Source: a virus
Length of the DNA: 64,000 nucleotides
IMG/VR virus record: IMGVR_UViG_3300045973_000529
Coordinates: 32,001 to 96,000 of that record
Reading direction: 5' to 3' (one strand)
A program made the position numbers and the translations under genes. This document shows positions 1 through 9,483 of this stretch, one piece after another. Below the pieces are notes generated by a model. That model searched no databases. It had not been told where the DNA came from and saw only the letters and a program-made list of their open reading frames with translations. Position 1 is the stretch's first letter, and each line of letters starts with the position of its first letter.

Positions 1-3000
1 GGTATCGTACTGGCGAACTGGATAAGAAACTTGTGACACGATGTTTGTCGCATCAGTCGTGATTTCAGCAAGCAGCACGCGAATGAACGACGTTGGAAGC
101 AGCGTTGTCGACACCGTGATGTCGACGGAAGTACGGTCACCAGCATGCTTTGATGCATAGACGTAGTTCACGGCGCTTGGGTTCAGCGCAATGGACTGTG
201 TTGGCGTCGTGCAGTAGTATCCACCAATGAAGAGTGGATAGCTTGAGATGTACGCGATCAGACCCGTGGCGCTTTCGGTCGTCACCCACATCTGCTTGCG
301 TGTTGCGGTGTTGGTGAACCACTGTGTTTCAGTGATCGTTGAACCATCGCGAACATCACGTGACGACAGGAAGTACGCCGCGTCATACACCGTGGTCGAT
401 TGGAAGTGGTAGTACCCGAGTGCGGTGCTGTACCCCCATGAATTGCCAGGGTAGTTGTTCTGCGTGCCATAGCCGCCTGGGCCGGTGGAGATTGCATTCC
501 AGCTGTTGATCGATCCAGTAACAGCCACGTTCGTGCCAGTGTCGAAGTAGCCGTAGTACCAGAACGTTCCACCAGTCACTGGCACCGAGAAGTGGTACAG
601 CATGCGTCCTGCTTCAGTGAGCAGAGTATGACCAGATGCTGATGTCGTGAAGAGATAGTAGAAGTCGTTTCGAGCTGTCCGAGCTGAGGCGAGTTCCGTC
701 TGGTGAATGCTTGTTGCCACCACTGACCAGACGCCGCTGACGCACTTCAACATGTGCATACCGCCGCCAGTCGTCTGTGTGACGTGACCGGAACCAGTAC
801 CCGCGGCAGTAGCAGTGAACGTGGTGCCGACGTTATTCGAAGAAGCACCGACCAACGTGAAGTTCGTGGAGCCAGCAATCGCAATGACGTAGTCACGCCC
901 TGGAACCATTGCCGTTGCGAGAATGTCGGAATTTTGCACAACCGCCCAGTACACCGGGCTTACCGTGCTGCCGTTCCACGCAGTGATCCAAGCATCAGCC
1001 AGATCGGTGAGTGCGCCAACCGTATTTGGGATGACTGGCATGGTGATACCAGTCGACGTGTATGCGCGAGACACCCCGTCAGGATTGACAGAGATGTTGT
1101 ACACCAACGATCCTGGGTGTGTCCAGTAGTATGTTGGCACGCCCGCGGTCACCGTAGTTCCGAACTTGCCAGGGCGGAAGTTTGAGGTGATTGTCGCTGG
1201 TGCTGAAGTTTGTGGGTTCACCAGAGCTGTCGGTGAATCAAGCTTCAGGGTGTCGTTGGTCTGTCCTTGTGCAACCGAGCTGAACACGGTGGTGGAGAAC
1301 TTCGCCTGCACATACACCGAGCCATACCGGGTGCTGGTGGCGTGGAACATAATGTTGTTCCCGATCACGTGACCGAACCACGAGTCAATGGTCTTTGACC
1401 AAGGTGAACCGTCAGGGATGTTCTGCGAGTGCGTGATTTCGAGCTTGTTCGTCAGATTGGTGCCGAACGTCTTGTACTCGAATGGAGCTTGCGCCGCCGC
1501 TGTACCAGTACCAGTGCCTGGTCCTGTTGCGGTGAACGATGTACCAATTGTGTTTGAAGACGCACCGTACAGCGTGAAGTTCGTTGTGCCAAGCGATTCG
1601 ATGGTGTACGTTGTACCAGCGAGCATACCTGGAGCGAGGGTCGTGTTGAATGACAAACGCCGAATGGTGCCAATGCTGGTGCTTGAGAAGCTGCCCTTCG
1701 TGGTGAGGTACATGTCACCCGAGTACTCATCAGTGATGATGGATGAGTTCGACTGACCGAATGCCCAGGTGCTGACAACGCCACCGTCATCAGTGTTCCA
1801 GGTGGCGTCTGGCTGAGCGTGGTAGCGGTAACCATCACCCTTCACTGGGATCTTGTTCTGCGGTGTTCCAACCCCTGTCTCGATCCATGAGCGTGGAACG
1901 TCCCACGACACGTGCAAGCCCCACGACTGTCCAGTTGACGCGTCGAACGGTGTTGCGAAGTCGTAGTACGTTGAGAACACTGTGTAGAACGTTTCGAGGA
2001 ACGGGTTCCAGGTAAACGGATAGATGTTCCCGTGTCCGCTGTAGTTCAGCAGCGTTGTTGGCGTATTGATGCGACGCTGCGTCACCGTGCCGGTGCCGGT
2101 GCCTGGAGCAGTCGCAGTGAAGGACTGACCGACAGTGTTCGACACTGCACCGTACAGTGTGAAGTTCGTGGTGCCAATGGAAGAGATCAGGTACTTTGTG
2201 CCTGGTACCATTGTGGTGACTGGAGCTTCAGTCACATCAAGCAGCTGCAGATCAGTGGACTTCGTGTACAGTACTTGCGACCGAAGAAGAGTCAATGAAC
2301 TATCGTACACTTCAAGCGTGTACAGGTCCTGCGCAGAATTCATGATGCCGCGCAGAATCCGGTCACCAGAAGCCGTCTCAATCAAACTGAGATTGGTGCG
2401 AACCGCGTACAGAGTAGTCACATCATACGCGAACACCCAATCACGCCAGTCCGATGAACCAGCTGTCTTCACCAACACAACGCGTGTCAAGGTGTTCGGG
2501 TATGTGATTGAGGTGATGTAGAGCAGCGCAAAGAACGTGCCCATGTTCGCGATGTAGTTCACCTTCTCAGTTGGGAGCAGGAACACTGCCGAGACAGGGT
2601 CATTGTCGTACACGAGAGTGTCGTTGTCTGAGAAGCGGTACGCACGGTAGTAACGGGCATCGCCAGTTGGTGTTGAGGTGCCATAGAAGAACACTTGCCG
2701 ACCAGAAGCACCGACCCAAGCATAAGTGGTGTCGTTCCAAACACCCTGAGAGAAGCCAAAGGAAGCGTACACCGGAACTGTGTTGTCCTTCAGAGTACCT
2801 GCAAGCGGTGGCAAGTTCAGGTAGTCGGCAGCGTCAACGTACGCTGTGGTTGACACCGTGTCGGTGATACCATAACCCAAGAGAGTTGTTGGAGTACCAG
2901 TGACACCTGACCAGGCGACCCCAGAGGCCGTAGTGGCAGTGCCTGCGCTGACTGCACGGGAAACATTCAGACTCGTGGCGTTCAACCATGATGGCGCACC

Positions 3001-3621
3001 AGTTCCGCCGGAGATCAGGACCTGCCAGTTTTGCGATGTACCTGAACCAGAGGTGGCGGTACCAGCAGCTGTGAAGCCGTGCGCCGTTGTCGATGCGCCG
3101 TACGCAATGCCGCCCTGTGTCGAGGTGGTCAGATTCGTACCGCCCTTGGCAACCGTCAAAGTACCACCAAGATTGGACAACGTCAAATTCGCTTCAGTGA
3201 CATCGATGGTTGGATTACCAGCGACACCTGAACCGTTCGTGATGCTGATCTTTGTTGAGCCAGCCGTCAGAGTTCGCACTGCACTGGTAGATGCGCCGGT
3301 GATGACGTACATGCCGGTCGAGGCGGCTGAGATCGCTGCCAGAGCATCAAGCGATGCATCCTGTGTCTGGAAGTGCGTCGAGTCGAAACCATCCAGGGTG
3401 TCGGCATCAACCTGATCAGCCGTTGCTTTTGTCCAGCCTTGCGAAACTTGCTGCCCGAAAGCAGCTGAGTTCGAATCGGCAGTGAACCCATAGACGTACA
3501 ACCCCTTCGACGGACCAATCAGACCGTCCGTCTTGTAGAACAAAGCGCCGTCGATTGAGGCCGTAGCGTCCGGAAGAATCGGGCCGTACGAGATCAGGGC
3601 GCCAGAGAGAAGTTTTGCCAT
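1..3621 (-). CDS. Tail fibre / receptor-binding virion protein (partial; runs off the left edge, >1207 aa)
   Basis: Absent from the ORF track because there is no stop in the window. ATG at 3621-3619 (MAKLLSGALISYGP...); I read the frame open to base 1. Thr/Gly-rich with fibre motifs (DADTLDG, VAKGGT, TPTTLLGYGITD). Late motif at 3647-3654. Confidence 0.85.
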   Translation of the reverse strand, partial: MAKLLSGALISYGPILPDATASIDGALFYKTDGLIGPSKGLYVYGFTADSNSAAFGQQVSQGWTKATADQVDADTLDGFDSTHFQTQDASLDALAAISAASTGMYVITGASTSAVRTLTAGSTKISITNGSGVAGNPTIDVTEANLTLSNLGGTLTVAKGGTNLTTSTQGGIAYGASTTAHGFTAAGTATSGSGTSQNWQVLISGGTGAPSWLNATSLNVSRAVSAGTATTASGVAWSGVTGTPTTLLGYGITDTVSTTAYVDAADYLNLPPLAGTLKDNTVPVYASFGFSQGVWNDTTYAWVGASGRQVFFYGTSTPTGDARYYRAYRFSDNDTLVYDNDPVSAVFLLPTEKVNYIANMGTFFALLYITSITYPNTLTRVVLVKTAGSSDWRDWVFAYDVTTLYAVRTNLSLIETASGDRILRGIMNSAQDLYTLEVYDSSLTLLRSQVLYTKSTDLQLLDVTEAPVTTMVPGTKYLISSIGTTNFTLYGAVSNTVGQSFTATAPGTGTGTVTQRRINTPTTLLNYSGHGNIYPFTWNPFLETFYTVFSTYYDFATPFDASTGQSWGLHVSWDVPRSWIETGVGTPQNKIPVKGDGYRYHAQPDATWNTDDGGVVSTWAFGQSNSSIITDEYSGDMYLTTKGSFSSTSIGTIRRLSFNTTLAPGMLAGTTYTIESLGTTNFTLYGASSNTIGTSFTATGPGTGTGTAAAQAPFEYKTFGTNLTNKLEITHSQNIPDGSPWSKTIDSWFGHVIGNNIMFHATSTRYGSVYVQAKFSTTVFSSVAQGQTNDTLKLDSPTALVNPQTSAPATITSNFRPGKFGTTVTAGVPTYYWTHPGSLVYNISVNPDGVSRAYTSTGITMPVIPNTVGALTDLADAWITAWNGSTVSPVYWAVVQNSDILATAMVPGRDYVIAIAGSTNFTLVGASSNNVGTTFTATAAGTGSGHVTQTTGGGMHMLKCVSGVWSVVATSIHQTELASARTARNDFYYLFTTSASGHTLLTEAGRMLYHFSVPVTGGTFWYYGYFDTGTNVAVTGSINSWNAISTGPGGYGTQNNYPGNSWGYSTALGYYHFQSTTVYDAAYFLSSRDVRDGSTITETQWFTNTATRKQMWVTTESATGLIAYISSYPLFIGGYYCTTPTQSIALNPSAVNYVYASKHAGDRTSVDITVSTTLLPTSFIRVLLAEITTDATNIVSQVSYPVRQYDT
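778..2220 (-). repeat. Three ~45-aa internal repeats (M(V/L)xGxxYxIxxxGxTNFTLxGAxSNxxGxxFTATxxGTGxG) at ~2080-2220, ~1495-1635 and ~778-918
   Basis: Direct translation of the minus-strand frame. Confidence 0.85.
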
Positions 3622-3646
3622 GGGTGCAGCTCAGTAGAGGTTTGGG

Positions 3647-3654
3647 CTATTTAG
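3647..3654 (-). promoter_or_regulatory. T4-late-like promoter CTAAATAG for the left tail fibre gene
   Basis: Forward ctatttag, 25 nt upstream of the ATG; the motif recurs before other virion genes. Confidence 0.75.
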
Positions 3655-3686
3655 ACCACAGTTCCTGAACCTTCTACTAGGTCGAG

Positions 3687-3724
3687 TTGTAACATCGTTG
3701 CGTTACAATTGACCATCTTGTAAC
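3687..3724 (+). promoter_or_regulatory. Promoter/operator: TTGTAAC-N8-GTTACAA palindrome overlapping -10 TACAAT (3704-3709), plus TGTAAC at 3719
   Basis: Seen directly upstream of the dCMP hydroxymethylase-like gene. Confidence 0.55.
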
Positions 3725-3735
3725 GGAGACTGCAA

Positions 3736-4731
3736 ATGGACCACATCGAATCTGGTGAACTGAACAACGACTTCCGCACCTGCCTGTACCGACTGAACGA
3801 GTTCGGCATGGAAGCACATCCGCGTGGCACAACAACGAAGGAGCTGCTGAACTACAACATCAGCCTCTTCAACCCGCGGAACCGCATCGTGACCTTCCCT
3901 GACCGGAAGACGAACCTGAAGTACCTGCTCGGTGAGTTCATCTGGTACATCAGCGGTTCGAACGACCCGAAGGGCATTCTCCCGTACGCCAAGTTCTGGG
4001 ACAGCATCCGGAACTCTGGTTCGGAAGAAGGCTACGATGCCGGTACCATCAATTCGAACTACGGCAATCGCCTGTTCGGACACAGCGATCTGCCAGCCTT
4101 CTCAAAGTGGGATCACCGCGGCAATGCGACAGGTACCCTCAGTCAGTGGATCGAGACGGTGTTGTTGCTGGAACGTGACAAGGACAGCCGCCAGGCGATC
4201 ATGAACATTCACGTGCCGTCTGACCGGCACGAAGGCAACAAGGACGTGCCTTGCACATTGACGCTGCACTGGTTCATTCGCGAAGACAAGCTGCATCTGA
4301 TCGTGAACATGCGCAGCAACGACGTGGTCCTGGGCTTCACGAACGACGTGTTCCAGTTCACGATGCTCCAGGAGATGATGGCCGTTCAGCTTCGTGAAAC
4401 ATACCCGAACCTCGAGCTTGGCTGCTACTACCACAACGCCGGGTCCATGCACATCTACGATCGACACTTTGCCATGGCCGAGAAGATCATCGCTGATGAG
4501 CGAGCTCTCGAGATGGCGATGGTTCCGATGGATGTGTGCAATGACACGATCCTGACTGGGCTCGTTGGTGTCGAAGCGGCCTGGCAGGCGGCTGGCGCTC
4601 CTTCAGTCTTCGACTTCGACACCATCCCGGCTTGGGACCTGTTGACACCATACTGGCAGAACCTGGTCCTGATGTGCTTTGGCGAAGATGAAGAAGCCAT
4701 GCACAAGGTGTTTGGTATCGAGGAGCACTGA
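3736..4731 (+). CDS. Thymidylate synthase-superfamily dCMP hydroxymethylase-like enzyme (T4 gp42 type specificity)
   Basis: EFIWY, INSNYG, SRQA, catalytic PCT, MRSNDVVLGFTND (Asp where ThyA has Asn, cf. T4 gp42 RSNDVVFGFRND), GSMHIY. Confidence 0.85.
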   Translation: MDHIESGELNNDFRTCLYRLNEFGMEAHPRGTTTKELLNYNISLFNPRNRIVTFPDRKTNLKYLLGEFIWYISGSNDPKGILPYAKFWDSIRNSGSEEGYDAGTINSNYGNRLFGHSDLPAFSKWDHRGNATGTLSQWIETVLLLERDKDSRQAIMNIHVPSDRHEGNKDVPCTLTLHWFIREDKLHLIVNMRSNDVVLGFTNDVFQFTMLQEMMAVQLRETYPNLELGCYYHNAGSMHIYDRHFAMAEKIIADERALEMAMVPMDVCNDTILTGLVGVEAAWQAAGAPSVFDFDTIPAWDLLTPYWQNLVLMCFGEDEEAMHKVFGIEEH

Positions 4732-4732
4732 C

Positions 4733-5116
4733 ATGACACGTCCCGTTTACTCCGTTTCCGTTGAACAGCTTGTGAAGGCCTTGGAAGCGGCTGGCATGGT
4801 CTTTGATCATGAGGAAGTTGACAAGGCCATTGCAGTTGCGGCTCAAAAGCTAGCTGATCAGATCGACGAGGAGATCTTCCAGGAGCTCGTCAAGAAGACG
4901 CCGCCAATCAGTCATGAGTACTATGAGGAAGTCACCGTCGGCGTTGATGCTCTCTGGAAGAAGCTCAAGGTGCTTAACCCATACGACAGTGGCAGCTCTC
5001 TTCACGTTGCTGAGGAGCGCTATGAGCTCGATGGTGTAAAGTACGTTGCGTACTGGGAGATCTGTGGCGATTCAGACGTACCAGAGATCTGCATCATCAA
5101 GGAGTACAAGCGATGA
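4733..5116 (+). CDS. Hypothetical protein
   Basis: ATG directly after the upstream stop; phage-like codon usage. Confidence 0.75.
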   Translation: MTRPVYSVSVEQLVKALEAAGMVFDHEEVDKAIAVAAQKLADQIDEEIFQELVKKTPPISHEYYEEVTVGVDALWKKLKVLNPYDSGSSLHVAEERYELDGVKYVAYWEICGDSDVPEICIIKEYKR

Positions 5117-5283
5117 CCAATCCGCAATACAAGTGCCCGAACTGCGGCGGGCACTGCACTGTCGATCAGATGGGTGCTGACTACTGCATCGTGTCTGAAG
5201 AAGGCGATGAAGCCTGGTGCAACTACATCTGTCCACACTGCGAGACCTGGCAAGATCTCGCCGACTATGAAAAGCTCACATGA
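5113..5283 (+). CDS. Small Zn-ribbon protein (56 aa; CPNC...CPHC)
   Basis: Below the track cutoff; ATGA overlaps at both ends. Confidence 0.75.
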   Translation: MTNPQYKCPNCGGHCTVDQMGADYCIVSEEGDEAWCNYICPHCETWQDLADYEKLT

Positions 5284-7028
5284 GATACGAACAACAGATC
5301 CTCGAGGCGTATGATCGCCTTGGGTTCAAGCCACGCGGACGTCAGGTCGAGGACATCGACAAGATCATGCGGGCTTTCCTCGATGACGGCTTCAAGACTG
5401 TGGTCTTGTCTGCGCCAACTGGCACTGGCAAGTCCATCATCGGTGCCGTCGTCGCTGAAGCGATCCACAAGATCAAGCACCCTGACATGACTGCAGGCGC
5501 CTCGTTCCTGTTGACCCCGACCATCGTTCTGCAGGAGCAGTACCAGAAGTCGTTCGCGTCTCCTGATCCTCTGGACACGAAGTTCCGCCTCATCAAGGGC
5601 GCTGGGAACTTCGAGTGCTCTGCCTTGAGCACACCCTCTGAGATGCAGACGGCTGAGTCGTGCGCAGTCCGGATCTTCCAGAAGGAGAGCATGTTCTCCA
5701 TGATCAACGAGCACTGCGATAGCTGCTTGTTCTCGCTGCAACGCAAGATGCGTGATCGTGCCCGGCACCTGATCTGCAACTACAGCTACTACTTCATTGA
5801 TCGCATGTTCATGGAGCTCCTCGCTCAACGCACCGTGTGCGTGTTCGACGAAGCGCACTTGATCAATGATTTGTTTACCGAGCACAACGCGATCTACTTT
5901 TCTGATTCGCGCCTCAAGAAAATGGTCGAGGAGATCAACGAGACACTTTCTTTGGTCGACCCATCGGTGTTCAAGCTGCTGCAAGAGGTGTGCGGCGATC
6001 TGATGCAGGGCGAGATCAACGATCAGAACTACATGGACTCGTTGGTCAAGTTGGCCGATGCGTACGGTCAGATCTGCGAGGCTGCGAACAACCAGGCCGA
6101 GCGAGCAATTCACGACCACAAGAAGTACCTGAAGCTGTCGAAGCTGTCCAAGAAGTACCATGGCCTTGGCTGCAAGATCGGTGACCTGCTCGAGTATGGC
6201 TACCCACACGCGTTCGAGTTCAAGGAGCGGAACCCGAAGTTCAACCAACACGAGAACGAGATCAGCGTCAAGCCGATCTTCGTGGGCGACATGTTCGACA
6301 AGCTCATCAACGCGGAGTTCAACCTGCTGATGAGTGCCACGTTCTCCAAGCAGTACGCTGAACGGACTCTGACCCTCGAGAACAGCACACACATTCGGTT
6401 GGCACCGTCCTTTCCGAAGGAGAACAAGAAGGTCGTGTTCTTCAAGCCGCAGAAGCTGTCATTCGATACGATGAAGGACCCGAAGGTCGTGAAGCAGCTC
6501 CAGGCGACGTGCTACGAGATTGTTGCGCATCACGTGTCCCTGGGTGAACGAGGGATCATCCTGGCACCTTCGTTTGCGATTGTGGAAGGGATTACACAGG
6601 CCCTCGAAGGAGCCAACGTCGGTGCCCGGATTTTCGAGCACCGACGCGGTGAAAAGCTGGCTGAGGTGATTGGGCGGTTCACGAGGTTCAAGGATGGTCC
6701 AGCAGTGCTACTGACTCCATCTGGGTTCGAAGGTCTCGATCTGGCCGGCGATCTGTCGCGGTACCAGATCATTGTGAAGGCGCCGTTCGGGTCCCTTGGT
6801 GAAGCACGCATGAAGAAGATCCTGGCGAACTGGCCAGACATCTACTCACTGCTCTGCACTATGAAGCTGGTCCAAGGTGCTGGTCGCTCAGTGCGTGGTC
6901 CTGAAGACTGGGCTGTCACATATATGCTCGACAGCAACATCCAACGACTCTGGACCGCGAAGAACATGGAATGGGCCGATGAGTTCCAGACCTCCTTCAC
7001 CTCCTTCCTAGGAACCAGCGACGACTGA
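5280..7028 (+). CDS. DinG/XPD-family SF2 helicase
   Basis: APTGTGKS, CNYSYY, FDEAH, MSAT, GFEGLDL, QGAGRSVR; Cys cluster at the Fe-S domain position. Confidence 0.9.
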   Translation: MRYEQQILEAYDRLGFKPRGRQVEDIDKIMRAFLDDGFKTVVLSAPTGTGKSIIGAVVAEAIHKIKHPDMTAGASFLLTPTIVLQEQYQKSFASPDPLDTKFRLIKGAGNFECSALSTPSEMQTAESCAVRIFQKESMFSMINEHCDSCLFSLQRKMRDRARHLICNYSYYFIDRMFMELLAQRTVCVFDEAHLINDLFTEHNAIYFSDSRLKKMVEEINETLSLVDPSVFKLLQEVCGDLMQGEINDQNYMDSLVKLADAYGQICEAANNQAERAIHDHKKYLKLSKLSKKYHGLGCKIGDLLEYGYPHAFEFKERNPKFNQHENEISVKPIFVGDMFDKLINAEFNLLMSATFSKQYAERTLTLENSTHIRLAPSFPKENKKVVFFKPQKLSFDTMKDPKVVKQLQATCYEIVAHHVSLGERGIILAPSFAIVEGITQALEGANVGARIFEHRRGEKLAEVIGRFTRFKDGPAVLLTPSGFEGLDLAGDLSRYQIIVKAPFGSLGEARMKKILANWPDIYSLLCTMKLVQGAGRSVRGPEDWAVTYMLDSNIQRLWTAKNMEWADEFQTSFTSFLGTSDD

Positions 7029-7035
7029 ACCCAAA

Positions 7036-7060
7036 GCGGTGTTACGGCACCGCCTCTTTC
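7036..7060 (+). terminator. Possible weak intrinsic terminator (GCGGTGT-TACG-GCACCGC followed by ctctttc)
   Basis: 7-bp stem with UACG loop after the helicase stop. Confidence 0.5.
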
Positions 7061-7063
7061 GGA

Positions 7064-7069
7064 TAAAAT
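7064..7069 (+). promoter_or_regulatory. -10 hexamer TAAAAT, 6 nt before ATG 7076 (leaderless candidate)
   Basis: No Shine-Dalgarno between the hexamer and the ATG. Confidence 0.55.
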
Positions 7070-7075
7070 GCACCT

Positions 7076-8221
7076 ATGACGAAGAGACACCTTTCAACCG
7101 TTGCTGCCAACGTGCTACGAGAAATCAAGCGCGAAGCTGGTCGGGATCGCCGATCACGGCGTTGGCTGTCTGACTGTGAACACCACGAAACTGAATTGGA
7201 TGCACGTATGGACGATCCTGACATCTTGAATCCGCTGAACACCCCATCTGAAGGTGTGATCTTCGGGACCTATGGTCCTGACGAGTGGGCCACAGCAACG
7301 TTTCTGCGTTCAGCGATGGAGCAGGGCAAGAACACCCTGATCGTCGAAGGTACGTGGATCACTCCAGCAAGCTGGACCCTGCATGAGTTCGTGCTGAGCA
7401 TCACCGAGCGCTTCAACTTCATGAGCGACAAGCGAGCCCTCGTGTTCTGGCCGTGGGGCGTTGGCGAATGCACCGTGTCCCGTGGCAAGCTGCACTTCGA
7501 GCTGAACGGTTCACCGTCCGAAGTGATGGCCCTCGTGAAGAAGCTCGATGGGCAGCTCAAGCGTGCTGAGAACCTGATCGAGTGGGTGTACGGCGCGCAC
7601 GGTGAAAGCACCAGCGTTCCGCTGAACTACCGCCCTGCCATCAATGCCGCGTACCCTTGGCTCGAGAAGCCGGTGCTCGAGTTCATCGATGACTACCTTG
7701 ACAGCAAGGCCAGCGTCATCATCCTCATCGGCCCGCCTGGCACCGGCAAGACGACGTTCATCAAGAACCTCATTCACCGCTCGGGTGGTGATGCCAAGGT
7801 CACGTACGACGAGAAGATCATGAACAGCGACTCGCTGTTCGCGAACTTCATCGAGAGCGAAGAGCGCTTCCTGATCATGGAAGATGCTGATGCATTCCTC
7901 GGTGCTCGTGAAGACGGGAACACGATGATGCACCGGTTCCTGAACGTGTCTGATGGCCTCATCAGCGCTGAAGGCAAGAAGCTGGTGTTCAGCACGAACC
8001 TGCCGAACATCCATGACATCGACACCGCGCTGCTGCGTCCTGGTCGCTGCTACGCAATCGTTGAGTTCCGCTCGATGTCGCGTACTGAAGCTCAAGCGGT
8101 GCTCGATGAAATTGGCGCCGATCGCGATCTGCCTGATGGTGACTCCTTCACGCTCGCTGAGCTGTTCAACGTACAGCCGAACGGCGAGACCCAAGCAACG
8201 CGACGTGTCGGGTTCTTCTGA
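7076..8221 (+). CDS. AAA+ ATPase
   Basis: GPPGTGKT, IMEDAD, STN, DTALLRPGR. Confidence 0.9.
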   Translation: MTKRHLSTVAANVLREIKREAGRDRRSRRWLSDCEHHETELDARMDDPDILNPLNTPSEGVIFGTYGPDEWATATFLRSAMEQGKNTLIVEGTWITPASWTLHEFVLSITERFNFMSDKRALVFWPWGVGECTVSRGKLHFELNGSPSEVMALVKKLDGQLKRAENLIEWVYGAHGESTSVPLNYRPAINAAYPWLEKPVLEFIDDYLDSKASVIILIGPPGTGKTTFIKNLIHRSGGDAKVTYDEKIMNSDSLFANFIESEERFLIMEDADAFLGAREDGNTMMHRFLNVSDGLISAEGKKLVFSTNLPNIHDIDTALLRPGRCYAIVEFRSMSRTEAQAVLDEIGADRDLPDGDSFTLAELFNVQPNGETQATRRVGFF

Positions 8222-8520
8222 TGGCCGGTAAGATCATCTCATCTCGGCCAGGCAGCGAGGCCGTTGATCTTGAACTGAACTCGCTGTCAATCGCTGAGCT
8301 GCAGTTGATCGGTGCGTATTTGTGGGTCACACGCCTTGGGCGAGGCGTGACCCCGTATCGGGACGCCGCGTTCACTCTGATGACTAAGATCAACAATCTG
8401 ATGGGTGACGACTTTCTTGAGCATGCAGCGATCGATGTCGACATGGTCGTTGACATCATCGATTCGAACGGGGCGGTGACCCGATCCGTTGGACAACACT
8501 TCGTGGAGATTGACCTATGA
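8221..8520 (+). CDS. Hypothetical protein
   Basis: Stop/start overlaps on both sides. Confidence 0.75.
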   Translation: MAGKIISSRPGSEAVDLELNSLSIAELQLIGAYLWVTRLGRGVTPYRDAAFTLMTKINNLMGDDFLEHAAIDVDMVVDIIDSNGAVTRSVGQHFVEIDL

Positions 8521-9095
8521 CAGCGAACAAGTTCATGATCGAGGGCCTTGACCGCCTTGGCAAGGATACCCTCATCAACGGTATCCAGCACAAGCTCGGG
8601 TACCATCAGGTGCTGCACTTCTCGAAGCCACAGGTGCTCGAGTGCTACCACCCGAAGGACGAGAACGACCCAACTGTCGATCGTCGTGAATCACTGCGTC
8701 GCTACCAGGAAGCGAGCTTCCGGAACATGTTCTCCATCTTCCGTGATGCGAAGTACGCGCATCTGATCGCGAACCGCGCGCACCTCGGTGAGTGCGTCTA
8801 TGCGCCACTCTATCGTGGCTACTCGGGTGACTACGTGTTCGACATGGAGCGTGCCTTCATGGTCGGCATGTATGGCCTGCGACTGGTGCTTCTCATCGAG
8901 GACTTCGAGATCGCCGAGCACTTCATCGATGATGGTGACTCGTTTGACATCACCAAGCGCCGTCTCGAGCAGGAGTACTTCATCACGGCCTATCAGAAGT
9001 CGTGCATTCCCGACAAGCGCATCGTGTGCGTCACTGATCCTGGTACTGGTGGCTTCAAGCGCCCCGACTGGATTCTGAGCGAGGTGCTGGCATGA
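8517..9095 (+). CDS. dNMP (thymidylate-kinase-like) kinase
   Basis: P-loop EGLDRLGKDT; NRAHLGECVYAPLYRGY corresponds to the DR..S..VY lid/substrate motif. Confidence 0.8.
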   Translation: MTANKFMIEGLDRLGKDTLINGIQHKLGYHQVLHFSKPQVLECYHPKDENDPTVDRRESLRRYQEASFRNMFSIFRDAKYAHLIANRAHLGECVYAPLYRGYSGDYVFDMERAFMVGMYGLRLVLLIEDFEIAEHFIDDGDSFDITKRRLEQEYFITAYQKSCIPDKRIVCVTDPGTGGFKRPDWILSEVLA

Positions 9096-9358
9096 ACACT
9101 GAGCAGCTTTTTCGTGCAACGCTGCAGAAGCTGGCGGCCGAAGGCGTCCAGGACGCTGTGCTGGCTCTGAAGCTCGCTGAGTCGATCTCGCTGCCGCCTG
9201 CTGTGCGGGTGGCGATGATCAAGAACGAGCTGCATGAGGCGCACACCTCGCTCTTGGAGGCGCTCAAGCAGAATGACATCGACTGGAGCCGCACCACCGA
9301 CAGACACATCAACCGGGCGTTGAGCAACATCGCTCGGAGCATTGGGGAACTGGCATGA
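9092..9358 (+). CDS. Hypothetical protein
   Basis: ATGA overlaps. Confidence 0.75.
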   Translation: MNTEQLFRATLQKLAAEGVQDAVLALKLAESISLPPAVRVAMIKNELHEAHTSLLEALKQNDIDWSRTTDRHINRALSNIARSIGELA

Positions 9359-9483
9359 CCAATCCCGCTTGGGTGGTCGCAGCCATTGGGTGCGGCTTGA
9401 TTGGCTACCATTTTCAATCATGGCAACTGGGGCTCGGCATCTACATGTGCATCGCTGGGCTCGGCAACTGGATCATCTCATGA
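9355..9483 (+). CDS. Small hydrophobic membrane protein (42 aa)
   Basis: Not in the track; coupled by ATGA at both ends; two hydrophobic stretches. Confidence 0.7.
   Translation: MTNPAWVVAAIGCGLIGYHFQSWQLGLGIYMCIAGLGNWIIS

Noticed and set aside
3736-4731. dUMP hydroxymethylase (hmU pathway) assignment
   Set aside because: The specificity residue is Asp rather than Asn, a canonical ThyA is present, and a BGT homologue points to a cytosine acceptor.
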